From the human T2T-CHM13v2.0 reference genome, Homo sapiens, in NCBI RefSeq assembly GCF_009914755.1, contig NC_060938.1: a stretch of 64,000 nt of DNA. One strand, 5' to 3'. Shown in pieces: positions 14,586-28,920 of the stretch. The notes under the pieces are model-generated. The model was given only the letters and a program-made list of their open reading frames with translations, ran no database searches and was not told where the DNA came from. Every line of letters begins with the position of its first letter. Position 1 is the first letter of the stretch. The translations under genes and the position numbers were made by a program.

Positions 14586-16399
14586 TCAGAAGTGAAGAAA
14601 GTATACAGAAGGTCTATGATTATACTAATGGCTATGAAAAATGCTTAATATAATCAAGCTTGGAAAGTCCATTTTTATTCACTGATAGTAAGGTTTCTAA
14701 CTGTACACTTAGAGATATTTAGAAACAATTTTATTTTCAGAATTCCCACAAGATTAATAACTTTGCGATCGCAAGTCATAAACTTTCAAGTTCTAACCAC
14801 TTTTACCTCTTGAAAACAATTGTTTTATTACCATTTCTAAAGTTTTTATTACGGAAAATTTCTTTCTGGGTATGCAGCTAGGTACTGATTTCATTTATTA
14901 CAGCTCTGGTCACTATTTATCCTACTCCTTGTTCAATATTACTTCACACCCCCACAGATTGGCCCGATTTCCTCCACGAGCCTCCCTTGGTCATGTTCAA
15001 GTTTCACACTGCATTTGATTGAGCCTCTCTTTACACAGTACTTATATTTGTCGTTACTTTTGAACATGTAAATTCCTAAGCTTGGAGAGTCTTCTCATTA
15101 GGACCAGGGAAAATGCATTCGTGTTGCTGTCTTTGATCTCTGAGGCGGTATGTGATTTAAGTTTGCCTCAGATCCTCAGTTTCCTGTCTACAGTAATGAA
15201 TTTGGGCAGAACCTGTATGATCTAGTTTTAGACCAAAATCTCTTTTTTAAAAGTTTTAAATGAGATGAAAAAGAAATTGGCCTCTTTGAGAAGAGAGGAA
15301 GTAAAAATGGAGCGACCTGAAGGGACCCAGGGAGATTAAGCGGCCTCCATTTTGAGCAGGCAGCTCCGGGGTCTGAGAGAGCTGACCAAGGGTGGCTTTG
15401 ACAGAGAGAGATTATGGACAGCAGCAGCTCAGAATAATAGGTGGTTTAAAGGATATAATTAACAATCCTCTTCTGAAAAGCAGCACAACAGCCTTAGAAA
15501 GAGAGGTCAAGGGCTCTTTTGGAAAGGCCTCGGGGCAACAACCTCTTCTAAGCAAATGTTTAAATAAGCAGTTCTCCTAACAGTTAAAGGGTGACTTCAC
15601 TTACATGTAGGAGCTTGCATTTGCTAAAAATCAGGTACCATGTCACTCACAGAAAGTTTATCAACATGTGGGATATTTTCCTAATTAAAAATATAGGAAA
15701 AGAAATGTGTGTGCATTTTCTATGTGTATATATTTAAAGAGAATCAAAAACACAGGGAAGTGATTTTTCACGACAGTAATAATGGCAGACCTGTTCATGA
15801 TGTTTAACTTGCCACGGTCTGTTGTCCAGCTTGCATTCATTTCTGTTTATAAAACCCATAAAAGTCTTGAGCGAAAACTTCCTTGGAAAAGTTTTTATAA
15901 TTCAAAAAAGTCATCAACTCAAAACCCAGACCGGGTTTGGCTCCTTGGATGGCACTGCCTCAGGGCCTCCTCCCTTTGTTCTTCTGTGTACACAGAGAGA
16001 GGAGGTGGAGCCAAGGAAGATGAAAGTTCTTGACACTAATGCCTGGCAGGACAAGTCTGGCAACTTTCAGAACAATGCAAATTGAATGGCCAAATTAGAC
16101 AATTTTTCCCAAACTGAAATGACTTCTTCACAGAAACTTGTAACACTTGGCTTACACGTGCCGAATACTAGTGTAACCCACTTGGGGGCAGCTGTAGTTG
16201 AGCTCTATTAAGCTTCAAGGTGCTGCTAGAACAATACTGGATTAGCCCACTGGATTCAAATACCAAGAACTGATGGTATGAGGTGAGGCATGCTCTTCTA
16301 GGCTTCTTGCCCAAAGGTAGTTTGGGTTTGTTTTTAAATATTTGAAAAGAAACAACCCTTTTCACTTTCAGTCTTGAGAAATAGACGGAGGTTTTTGAT

Positions 16400-16450
16400 G
16401 GGGGTGATGGTGATGGTGGTGGTGCTGGTGGTGGGGGTGGTAGTTGTGGG
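16400..16450 (+). repeat. (GGT/GAT)n simple repeat
   Basis: ggtgatggtgatggtggtggtgctggtggt. Confidence 0.75.
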
Positions 16451-16724
16451 TCGTCCTTGTTTTGTTTAAATGAATCACCAAGAGCTAGACAATGCCACGG
16501 TAAATATGGGCTCTGAAGATCTAGCCCAACCACCTCCATTAACTATGAAGGAAATGGGGCCTCAGGGAACAGCAGCAGTTCTAGAGGTGGCGAGGCCTTA
16601 GATGGAAGTCATGAATTGGGGCACATTGTGTTGTTATGTTCCCTCATTTGAGGAACAAAAACCAGGAAAGTTTAATGTATCTCTCCAAGTTCACAGAGCT
16701 GTTTATTAAAAAAGTCAAGACAGT

Positions 16725-17024
<300 letters not shown>

Positions 17025-17513
17025 CTAAAGAAATGTATGCATTTAGGATAGTCAAATGAGCAAAGGAATGACCATTCCAGTACCAGCATGAAAAGTCATT
17101 CCAAATCGAACACACGCAGCTTGCATTGACCAGCCACTTGGATGTGACACATACATTTCCTCAGAGCAAACAGTAAAGAATCGATTGTCCAGAGTAAAGA
17201 CCCATACAGATGTGTCTGGCTTTATAGAATACACAGTGCTACTTTTCAGGTAGATTTGGCCATATTTTAAATATATATGAACAACTTTGCTTTTAAAAAT
17301 TCTTTGTAAAATAGGGACATTTTCTGAAAAATAGAATAAGCAACCTCAATTTATCCACTTTCCAATCTGAATTTTCCCACGTAATATTTGTTTCACCTGG
17401 GTCTTTTTAAATTCAATGAACTGAAAGAGTTAATGAAGCTCCAGCCTTCCTACACAGTAGCCAGGCAATCCACCATCCTCGAATATGCATTTTGAGTCAT
17501 TATACCCAATGTA

Positions 17514-17582
17514 TCCGGTTGGTGCAAAATAATTGCAGTTTTGCCATTACTTTTTACCGCAATTACTTTTGCACCAACTCAA
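17514..17582. mobile_element. MADE1 (Hsmar1 mariner MITE), internally deleted
   Basis: ggttggtgcaaaa...ttttgcaccaac terminal inverted repeats flanked by TA. Confidence 0.9.
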
Positions 17583-17799
17583 TACTTTCAAAACCAAAAG
17601 TTAAACTATTTGTATGTGTTGTCCATGATAGTTTCCTCTCTAGACTAAGAACAAAGTTTTGTAAAGTATCCTTCTGTGTATAAGTTGTTTTACCTTGCAG
17701 AAGTTGGACTGAGAGGGCAGGATCGCTTGTTTTCATAGAATTGGTTGAGGTTGAGCATTTGTCACAGGCCCCCTATGCAGGAGGCTCTGTTAATGCACA

Positions 17800-18160
17800 G
17801 CAGGCATTGAAAACGCAAATGCCCACAAGAGCCAGACAGCTGCTACAGATGAGCAAAGCAGCAGGTTAAGTGGGAGAAGCAACAGGAAGTGGTATGGGAG
17901 GTGGGGAAGGAGTAGTTAGTGCCCCATCTGAAGGGATGGGTGCTACTCAGCTCCGGTTCATGCAGAAACATAGGCCAGTTACCATGCAGAAACGTAGGCC
18001 AGGTTTTGACAGACTCTTCATTTTTTAAAAGAAAAAATGTATTTTAATGTAAAATCTTCCAAGTTGTTAATGTTGGCAACTAACTCAAATTTGTTTTGAA
18101 ACGAGTGAAGGTCAAATTAAAAAGTCCCTTGACCCTCTGGTTACCAGTATGAGACTTCTA
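17800..18160 (-). mobile_element. MER102-like hAT-Charlie fossil
   Basis: gctactcagctcc and aatgttggcaactaactcaaa match reverse of recalled MER102. Confidence 0.7.
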
Positions 18161-18184
18161 GATGCTACCATGACTACCCATCTG

Positions 18185-18482
18185 TTTTTGGTTTTGTTTT
18201 CTTTTAGGGACAAGGTTTCACTCTGTCACCCAGACTGGAGTACAGTGGAGGCATCATAGCTCACTGCAACCTCCAACTCCTGGGCTCCAGTCATCCTCCT
18301 GCCACAGTCTCCTTAGTAGCTAGGACTATAGCCATGTGCCAACATGCCTGGCTAATCGTTTTGTAGAGACAGTATCTTGCTATGTTGCCCAGGCTGATCT
18401 CAAACTCCAGGCCTCAAGCAATCCTCCTGTCTTGGCCTCCCAAAGTGGTAGGATTACAGATATGAGCCACTATGCCCTGTCC
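18185..18482 (-). mobile_element. AluJo
   Basis: J diagnostics; TSD acccatct on both sides. Confidence 0.9.
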
Positions 18483-19688
18483 CACCCATCTTTTTGTAGA
18501 AATCATATGCATCCTTTATTTGTCTTAATCACATCCTTCTTAAAGCTATCCTCAACACTCTGACATAGTACATCTGTAAGGTCTGTACTGCACAGTTAAT
18601 GCTTAACTCTCTCCTTTCTTTGTTTCTGATTATTTCATATGTACAGATTTTGTATTCAGACTTGATCATAAGCACTTCCAGAACAAGACTCATATCTAAT
18701 ACTTCTTTTATAGCTATCTCAAAGCTCAATAAATGTTTGCAGTTGGTATTTTTCTTAATAAAGGGAAAAGAAAATAGTCTTTGCTGACACACAAATACGT
18801 AGTTATACTAGGAATGAGTTTCGTGTCTCGAAGTTCCTGAATTTCTAGCCTAGGCAAGCTAACAAGTTAACATCTGTAGGCATCTTGCCTTGACGAGCTG
18901 AGAAGCACTGGCTTGCCATAAATGTTTAAGAAGAAAGCACTTGGCAAAATAGCTATGAGTTCATTTATGTCTTTTCTAGAATAAAAATATCATAGGCTAT
19001 ATTTAGTCCCATGGAGGTGATGTTGTTCCTTACAAGCCTTGACTGTGAATGAGAAATTTTCTGAGCCAATTCTTGTCTGCAGGAAACCTTCCATTGATTT
19101 AGGCATTAGAAGAATGATAGGTCCAGCTAAAGAATGTCAAGCTCCTGTTTTGCATTCACAAGTCAGAACTCTCTGGGCCTTCTTCTTACAGTGTTTTGGA
19201 GGAGTACAGCGTGAGCTGTAAGCAACCTTAATCCAGAAACAGGTGTAATGGGAGGAGAAATGGAGCAAGCATTGAAGTTCAAGAAATGAGTGACCACTAT
19301 CTTTGTCCCTATGTGGAAGTGAGGAGAGGTGACTAAGAAATGGCGAACACTGCAAGAAACTTTTTGCCTTGTACTGGCCTGTTAAAGTTATCTCTCTGTG
19401 GCCAACAGTAGGCCAAAAATCCAGAACAGCTGGGCATGTGTGCCAGGCTGCCCAAGGATGGTTCTGGGAGTGGTTTGAATTGTCCAGCACCATTTGTGAG
19501 TGAAGGAGAAGTATGGAAACAATGACCTCTACAGATCACTAAATCCAATGGGCTTGATATGATAGGGAATCAAGAGGCTGTGGTGAAGGGACCAGCTCTG
19601 GTATGAATTGATTGCCTGACCAAAGGAAAACATTGTATTTCTTCCCTTACCTGGAAATGCTAATAAAATATCCAGAAAGGCTTTTACT

Positions 19689-19988
19689 TTTTTTTTTTTT
19701 TTTTTGAGATGGAGTTTTGCCCCTGTTGCCCAAACTGTAGTGCAATGGCGCAGTCTCGGCTCACTGCAACTTCTGCCTCCCGGGTTCAAGCAGTTCTCCT
19801 GCCTCAGCCTCCTGAGTAGCTGGGATGACAAGCAGGTGCCACCACGCCTGGCTAATTTTTGTATTTTTGGTAGAGACAGGTTTTCACCACGTTGGCCAGG
19901 CTGGTCTCGAACTCCTGACCTCAGGTGATCCCCCGACCTCTGCCACCCAAAATGCTGGGATTACAGGCGTGAGCCACTGTGCCCAGCC
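19689..19988 (-). mobile_element. AluSq/Sx-type
   Basis: Full dimer; flanking direct repeat ccagaaaggcttttact at 19672-19688 and 19987-20003. Confidence 0.93.
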
Positions 19989-20336
19989 AGAAAGGCTTTT
20001 ACTGAAGAAGCCCTGTCTTCATACTAGCCCTCACAAACGCTACACAGACGTGCCTCTCAGACATTTCTGTATGGTTCTCAGAGTTTCCCAAATTGTTTGG
20101 TAATCAGAAAAAGAAATAAATTGTCAAATAAACAGACAACAGCCTTGCATTAGGAAGCAGACTTTGGAATGCCAAAAAAAGAAACGGTAACCAAAATAGT
20201 TTGGTTACTAAAAATAGTGCCTTAACTTAGGCAAACAATACCAGGGTCAGAATAAACACTAATTAACATTGTTTAGAATACTTTATTGTAACTCTGACAT
20301 TATTGTCACTTTCTATTTAATAATAGAATTTTCTTT

Positions 20337-20958
<622 letters not shown>

Positions 20959-21191
20959 CATGAGCCACCGTGCCCGGCGGAGAATTTTCTTTTTAACTTG
21001 TCACATTGTTAGTCCAATTGCATTTTCTTCATCTGCAAATTTGTTCAAGTTGCTAATAAAAATGGTGGAGAAAATAAAATTGATGTATCTTTGGAATGGT
21101 GGTGTTTAATCTGTCTAAAAGTAATGCTAATTATAAAAATAGAGACATTTATATTTCTTTTCTTGATTGTTCCTTATTTTTCTCTCAACAG

Positions 21192-21254
21192 CCTTCATAT
21201 CTGTTTTTTTCTTATGAAGCTTCTTCTGGTTGGAAACTTGTCAAATTTCATCAG
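21192..21254 (+). other. Candidate 63-nt internal exon of an unidentified transcript
   Basis: Long pyrimidine tract plus caacag acceptor; CAG|GTAAGA donor; no transcript evidence. Confidence 0.35.
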
Positions 21255-21417
21255 GTAAGAAGTGCTAAAGTGAACCTGTAAACTTTGTTTCAAAAAACAA
21301 AAACCGAAGTTTAAGAAATCTAAAGATGGTGTCAGCCTTAGACAGATCTCTGGACTGTAATCTGGGAAAGGTCAAATAAGATCTCCAATCGTGTACAATT
21401 CCAAATACATTTGAGAG

Positions 21418-21562
21418 CAGTGGGTCTGAAAATGTGGTTCCCAGACCAGCAGCATCAACACCATGAAGGAAGTTGTTAAAAATGCAAATTCTCAGGCTCT
21501 CCCCTGTGCTTTAATAAAGTTTCCAGTTGACTCTGATGCACATACAGTTCTGAGAACCAGTT
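21418..21562. mobile_element. MER5A, internally deleted
   Basis: cagaccagcagcatca...aaatgcaaattctcaggc...tgagaacca. Confidence 0.75.
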
Positions 21563-21937
21563 TTAGATAGGTTTCGTAGGCCAAAGGAATAGAAAATATC
21601 TCTCTGGGTCGATTGCATTTAATGGACTTAATGTTTCTTCCTTTCTTTTCTCCATTGCCTTTTCTTCCTTCAGATTCATCCATTCCTCATTTAACAAGCT
21701 TGCTTCATAAAATCATACATTATTCCAAACATACTATCTTTATGACAACTTAAATTCTATCTAATATGGGACTCCGTCAAAACGATGTGTTCGGTAGAAA
21801 TTGTCAACTAATGAAATGATTTATATCCCTTGTTAGCTTTGAGGAGGAAAATAGTCATGGAAGACACATCTATAAATGGGTGTCCAGCTACTAAGATGGC
21901 TGCCTTTTATAATTAACATAATTAACATCCACAGCAT

Positions 21938-22168
21938 GGCTGGGCATGGTGGCTCATGACTAACCCCAGCACTTTGGGAGGCTGAGGCAAGAGGATTGCT
22001 TGAGGCCAAGAGTTTGGGACTAGCCTGAACAACATCGTGAGACTTCATCTCTATAAAAAACAGAAAATAAAAATTAGCCAGGCCTGGTGGCACACACCTG
22101 TAGTCCCAGCTACTTGGGATGCTGAGGCAGGAGGATCACTTGAGCTGAGGAGTTCGATGCTGCAGTGT
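21938..22168 (+). mobile_element. 3'-truncated AluJo
   Basis: Left arm plus partial right arm, stops at gctgcagtg. Confidence 0.88.
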
Positions 22169-25100
22169 GCCTCTGAAGCCATTGGCAAAGGATTGTGTCG
22201 TCCTTTATGAAGGATTTATGTTGTCACACAAAATGTGATTCTGTCCTCTTGTAGTGTTTAGGGTATGCTGGAGTTCTCCACACTATCCAGTATCACCAAT
22301 TCTGAAAAACAGCCTGGATAGCTACCCAGCAGAAATTTCATCTCTGATCTGGTGTAACCCTGGGAATCCCTGTTAATTAATTATCTGCTAAACTTAAAAA
22401 GAATACATATAAAGATACTGTCGTTCTTAAATGATTGGTAAATGTGGCTCCCAAGAGTACCTTTGCTGAAGATGATGCCTCATTTGCAAAGATATGCATG
22501 ATTTCTTCTCCAAATCATACATATTTCTTGATGAGTAGGTATCAGAGTCTCTTAGACTCAATTTCCTCATTTATATAATGAAGATACTAATAGACTGTAC
22601 TAGTGAGGATTGCTCTAAAAAAATAATGCAGATAATCCAGGAGTACTTAGCAAATACCTGGCTTAATAAATATTAGCCATGATTAAAGATTTTATTAATA
22701 GACTTATAAATTCAAAAAGGTTACATCAAACTTTGTCTCATTAAAAACAAGCAGACAGGGGAGATATCAAGTGTCTCTCCTTTGCATGGCTCACCTACCT
22801 GTAAGTTTTCTCATCCCCACTAGACCAGCAGCAACACCACTACTATGTTTTATCTTCTATGAAGGTTTGTTATTATGTCACCTCCCTGTTCTCTGCTCTT
22901 CTAGTTCCTTGGCCACTGCTGGCACTCCAGCATAAGGCCAGATAGCATTAGGGACGTGATAAAATATGGAAAAGCATCATTCATAGCCTATCCATAGTGC
23001 TAGGAGAGTAAAGAATAGTGCCTGCTATTAGCTCCTCTAATGTTCACCAGCCCTTGGAGCAAAATTTGAAAAGCCAGCTGGGTGACCCCAGTGCAGAAGA
23101 TCAAAGGACCAGAAGAGGATCTTGAAAGATGATTTATTTCCCTTACCTCTATTCAATGTACAAAGCAAAACACGTCATCAGTTGGCAAATATTTCAGGAG
23201 AAGGAACTTTCCCTAATCTTTCACATAAATGCTAATATGAATGAATAACAGTTATATATGATTAGAAAATCTCATTTTAGCATAAGTTGAAATATTTCAT
23301 AGCATATGCTGGAAAGGTACAGTTGCATCTATGACATATTGCCCTGTAGATGGCTTTGGTGAGAGAAGGGAGACAGAGAGAAAGGGGATTCTTAGAGGAG
23401 AGGTATGTAAAACATTAGGATTAAACAAGTGTCCAATAAACAAGAGATTTCTGAGTTTGAATTAGTGATGTAGAAAAATGAGAGACATCTGGAATCTATA
23501 CTTCTTTTGCAGTCAGAAACACAGTTTTGAGTTCCTTTGTTGAATCATTTACTTTATAAAGACTTATTAAAAACGAATGCCTAAGATGGTTGAAAAGGGA
23601 GCAAAATTGAATTCGGAAGGCCAAATCCTTTAAGGGAATCATTTCAAAGAGCTTTTACTTTCCATCAACTAAGCTTAATGTTGTCTCCTCAAACTAGTCC
23701 TTTTGTTCTATTTCAATACATATGTGAAGAGTCAGAGGCTTATAGACTCACTTGAAATTTAACAGTAAATTTTTGGAGACAGAGAGAAGACTAATTTTCT
23801 TCACATTCTTAGGTTTTATCATATGATGCTTTCATAGACAACACTTTCCTCACCCTACCCCCACACACAAAAATCATCTGAGAGAAGGGGATCTATCTAG
23901 ACATTGGTTCTTCAGACACAGCTGAGATATAGAAATGAGGTTGTTTTCTTTGTTGATTTTGGGGAAGACTCAGCTGCCCTTGATAGTCCTGTGACAGGCT
24001 TCTAGCCAAGATAGACTATGGAGGATAAAGGGGGGTTATGCATCACTTAAACCCCACTTTGTCCTCAGTCAGTGCTTTCAAATGCCCTTGCTGGGTCCCA
24101 TAACTAGCCACTTACTGGAAGGAAAGCAGGGGTTATAGGCCAATAAGGTGACCTGGCGTTGGAATTCTGAGGAGACCACTGACATTTCAATGCCCCACTG
24201 GCCCTGTTATCACCTCTTATGCCAATGAGAGACAAAGGAGCAGGAGAGAGAGAGGGGAGGAAAGAAGGGTGAAAAGGGACAGAGGAAATGTCTTAAGGTG
24301 AAACAGATATTCCAGGAATACACTCCTCCCTCATCCATTTGCTACTTTCCTTCAGTACTTTACAAGAAAGTAAATATTGTGAGGAGCCAGATCCCAGGGA
24401 AGGCACAGAAAGGAATCCTACATTAGGCTGAAGCAGTATTTTTGGTGCTCTGCTGGCATACTGAATTCTTAGGATGCTACTGTGGAGCCAACATCACGCT
24501 GGTCGTTTGTATTCAAGTTATGGTGATGAAGACAGTCCCCGTGTCTCAAATCTCTATGTCCAAGTTATTAAATTCAGGAGACTGGACGCTTACCTTAAAT
24601 GAAGCAAGGTAGGAGGCAGATGACTACTTACCAAGACCATCATTTGCATAAAGGAGTCAAAGAATCACCGTGTATCAGTCAGACCACAGGCTGGTTGTCT
24701 CTCTAACCAAGTAACCTGATGCTATTAATACAATGACAACTAGGGATATTTAGGGAAAGAAACGAGACAAGATTGCTTTCTAGGAGGCATTTCCAGAATC
24801 CCATAATAATTAGTTATTACTAAATTCATCACCCTCTTCAACCTATTTTTTTATTTTCTATGAAGCATCTCTTGGGTAACAGTTTTCATAGAATTGCTAG
24901 CCACAGGGTGACTTCATGCTTCCTTTTATTTGTGCTAAAGCCACCTTTGATTAACCCTTGGGAAGGTCTTCCTGTGCTTGCCCTGCCAGCCCTGCCCAGC
25001 CCTTATGGTTTTGTAAACATCAATCCTCTCTGACCTTAGCCACCACCTTTTCAGAGTGAAGGGTGCAATAGGCTCTCCCTCTCATTGCTCAACCTTTCTA

Positions 25101-25257
25101 GTCTCTTCTGGTTGTGCCCTGGAATTTACTGGACCATGGTTTTCCAAGCATAGATCAGGGCACATGCAAAAATAGACTCTATCCACAGAGCCTTTAAAGC
25201 TACCCTGATAAGAAGTCTTCTTTTTTGAGATTTATATTCATTTTGAATTATTAAAAT

Positions 25258-25850
25258 ACAAGTGTCCATCATGAGACAAATGGATAAAGAAAATGTGGTA
25301 TGTATGCACAACGGAGTACTACTGAGCCATAAAAGAGAATGAGATCCTGTTATTTGCAACAACATGGACAGAACCTGAGGACATTATGTTACATAAAACA
25401 AGCCAGGCACAGGAAGACAAACTTCACATGTCCTCACTCATTTATGGGAGCTAAAAATTAAAACAATTGAACTCATGGGTATAGAGAGTAGAATGATGGT
25501 TACCAGAGGTTGGGAAGGGTAGTGGGTGGGGTGGGGGAAGTGGGAATGGTTAATGGGTACAAAAATATAGTTAGATAGAATGAATAAGAGCTAATATTTG
25601 ATAGTACAACAGGGCGATTCTGATCAACAGTGATTTATTGTATACTTTAAAATAACTAAAAGAATATAATTGGATGGTTTGTAACACAAAGAAAGTATAA
25701 ATGCTTGAGGTGATGAATGCCCCATTTACCCTGGTGTGATTATTACACATTGCATGCCTGTATCAAAATATCTTATGTGCCCTATAAATATATACACATA
25801 GTATGTACCCATAAAAATTAAAAATAAAATAAATTTTTAAAAGGATAATA
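25258..25850 (+). mobile_element. L1MA2/3-like 3' end
   Basis: ORF2 end and 3' UTR through gtatgtacccataaaaattaaaaataaa. Confidence 0.88.
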
Positions 25851-26290
25851 AAGAAATACAAAGTAAATGTGTTGCTCTCATGTAAGAGCAGTTTGGCCTT
25901 TTTTATCACAGCATGGAGCCTATTGAAAGACCACTTTTATGCCTAGAGAGATGATGCCCCACCAGTCACTCAAAATGGCTACTAGGAACATTATCAATCC
26001 TCTTTCATTGCTGAGAATGGCTTAAATTTGAATTTTAAGATTCAATTTGTTATTTAATTTTAAAATATGGCTTACATTTTAACTTTAAGATCCAGAGGCA
26101 GTCTGAATTAAAAACTGGGGAGAAAGGAATTAAGGCAGATAAGTAATTCCAACTTATCTATCGACATGAAATAACCTTTACAAAGATGGGCTGTGAATAT
26201 AAAGAGAGCCTTGTCTGTGCTCCCTGAACATCAGGACTTTGGATCTTGCATCAGCGGAGGGGGCCACCTGGCTCTGACTTTCTCCTGCAG

Positions 26291-26345
26291 ATGCAGATGC
26301 TCCTTGGTTGAGCTAAGTGGAAATTCCCTTCTGGAGTCTCCCTAG
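26291..26345 (+). other. Candidate 55-nt non-coding exon
   Basis: ctctgactttctcctgcag acceptor and TAG|GTAAGG donor; stops in all three frames. Confidence 0.25.
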
Positions 26346-28249
26346 GTAAGGGCCATTAGAAAGTGTCAGAGGAGTGTGTGTGACTGTTTTCTGTTTTCGT
26401 GAGATATTGTAGAACTTTAAGTCTGCTGGTCATAAATGTTTTCTTTTTGAAATCCTTAGAGATTTTTTTTCTTCTTCGTCACAATGGCAGGAATACAGAG
26501 ATTTCGCATGATTTCTTAATGGGATTCAGCTGCCTACGCTGCAGTGCTTTCAGCTGTATTTGAGAATGCACTGTGTTTCTGCCTTGTTTTACGTTTGCAG
26601 ATGGCTGGAACTCTCCGTGTCTCCTTTTCTTTCTGTCATGGCTGGCAAGAGCTCATGGGCCATGAGCTGCATCTTTATAAACATGAACAGATTAGCAGGT
26701 ATTCCCAAATGGGACAAATGCTACCTTATTGCAGACAGTTTCTAGTATAGTCCCACATTCTTTGAGAAAGTAGGTGGAGACCCCATCAGCACCAGGCCAC
26801 TGGCAGCAAATGGTTGTAGCCAGGAGCCAGAATAGAGCAAGTCCAGCCTGAGCCTGTGGTCGGCAGTGGAGAAGAGAGGGTCGCAGACCTGAGGCAAAGG
26901 GCAGCCTGAACAATCAAGAACCAGAGCAGCCCTGGCACCCGACACCCAGGAGAGTGGGCTACAGGAAGAGGATCTGAGACCAGAGCCCACAGAGTCTGCA
27001 GAAACTAGAGGCACAAGGCACGAGGAATCACAAAGCAAACTTAAGTGCCGACATCAAAGAAGGCATTCTCACCCTGTTTCCTGCTTCTGGGTTTCTCCAC
27101 ATTCCTATAGCCTTACAGACAGTAAGCCCAGTGTGGTGGGAACAGGGAATTGAAGTGGAAAGCACAGGCCAGGGGATCTGATGGGTCTCTTAGATCCCCT
27201 GGGAGGGCATGACAACATAGAGAAAGAAGAGTCCTTTAAAAGCATTCAACATAACGTAGTTTGCCCAGGCAGTTCACGCTGACTGAAACCTCCTCTGTCT
27301 TCTGAACTCGGGCATGCCTATCTCATCTCTTCTTTTGAAGCAGAATGCTTTAAATTTTTATTTTTATCCTGTGAACTTCAATATGCGACCTCCTTCTGTG
27401 ACAGAGCTTCTCTTTTGGTCCCCCATGAGTGGATATCACCTTGTACTCCCCTGCACCCCTAAGCTCACGTTCTTCATCTTCTCTTTGACCCTCAGCATGT
27501 TATCCCTTGACCCATTCTTCAGTTTTCATGTCTATCATCTGCAAAATCTTTTCTGCCTCATAGTACTTAGGAGATCAGACATACGCACGCTGGAGACAGG
27601 AACCTCCCAATATCAAATTAGCCACTTGGGCCATCTTGTCTGGCACGTTGCATAAATGTTGTATGGAAGACAGGTCCTCCTCCCAATTTCGTTTTTCACT
27701 GGCCACATGATGTTAGACAAATCTCTTTCTCTCTTTGAGCCTCTCCTGTCTGATCCAATGGGTTGTAAGAATCAGATGAAATAACAGAGGGGAGAGGATT
27801 ACACATTTTAAAGCACTATGCAAATGTAAGGTGTTGTTATAATAAAATATGGATCATGGCTTATGTTGGGGTGGGGCTAAGCCTCCTTTAGTCATTCTTT
27901 CAGCTTGTTTGTGTAACCTCTGGTGAAATTTTAATAACTGTTGCAAGGCATAGGTTTCAGCACGTTCTTTGTTTCTTCTGTTGGTATTTGCAAGGCAGTC
28001 ACATCTGCCATGAGCTAGTCCTTCTCAGAAGGGAGTGGGTGGGAAAACATGTAGCTAAAAAGGGCTTAGGAGCCCTGAGACATCTTAAATAGGAGTCATT
28101 TAACTACTCCATTGGAAAAAAAAAAAGAACAGCAAAAATATCACCAAACTCATGGCACAGTCAGTAGCTCAGCACTATGGTTCTTACCATTTGAAATTTC
28201 CATTCAACCGTGTTTCATCTCCAGCCACTATCATCATCATGATCATCAA

Positions 28250-28560
28250 ATTTAGCTGAATTACTAGTTCAGTTAAGACTCAATGTATAGTGTTGTGTAT
28301 CAGATATGTGCCAAGCCCTATGCTAAGTATACAGCCTTGAGTAATTCACAGATTCTTCCATACGAAACTCGCGTACAAATAAACACACACATAAAAATAA
28401 ACAACGTCAATTTGATAATTGCTATAGATCTGGATAATTGGTACATTTAAAGTACTATGACAGTACCTAGGATGGAGTAACTAACTCTGCATGGAAAGTA
28501 GGAGAGGAGGTAACATGTGACCTGGCCCTTCAAGGATGAACAGAAGTTGGTCAGAAAGTG
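28250..28560 (-). mobile_element. L2 fragment
   Basis: atgtgccaagccctatgctaag and cttcaaggatgaacagaagt resemble reverse L2. Confidence 0.55.
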
Positions 28561-28569
28561 AGTATAGAG

Positions 28570-28920
28570 CTATACTCACTGTGTATATAGGCTTTGGGGC
28601 CAGCCACCTAGTTCAAATCCTAGCTCTGCCATTTCTTTTCTCTTTTTTTTGTACTTTAAGTTCTGGGATACATGTGCAGAACGTGCAGTTTTGTTACATA
28701 GGTATACACGTGCCTTTGCTATTTCTTAACTACATAACTTGGCTAGTTCCTTGATCTTTCGTTGCCTCAATTTGTTCATCTCTACAACAGGCATTATACC
28801 AATAGGGCCTACTCACAGGTTATCATGAGCAGAAATGAGTTCAGGCACGTAAAACACTCCTAATAGCTCCTGTCCTATGGTTAATCACTCAATAAGCAGA
28901 AGCCATCGTTGCTGTTATTA
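28570..28920 (+). mobile_element. MIR, split by a tiny L1PA insertion
   Basis: gttcaaatcctagctctgcca resumes after the insert with tgcctcaatttgttcatct. Confidence 0.7.
28638..28716 (-). mobile_element. Extremely 5'-truncated L1PA (about PA7/8) 3' tip
   Basis: tactttaagttctgggatacatgtgcagaacgtgcag; TSD tgc(c/t)atttctt at 28627 and 28717. Confidence 0.85.

Noticed and set aside
17959-18002. 24-bp-period duplication catgcagaaac(a/g)taggccag; also aggatgggtttgaa x2 at 56320-56348
   Set aside because: Two-copy slippage duplications without spacers; not CRISPR-like or otherwise informative.
26880-27150. Purine-rich stretch reading as an acidic peptide (LAPDTQESGLQEEDLRPEPTESAE)
   Set aside because: No start codon or splice support and no recognised family.
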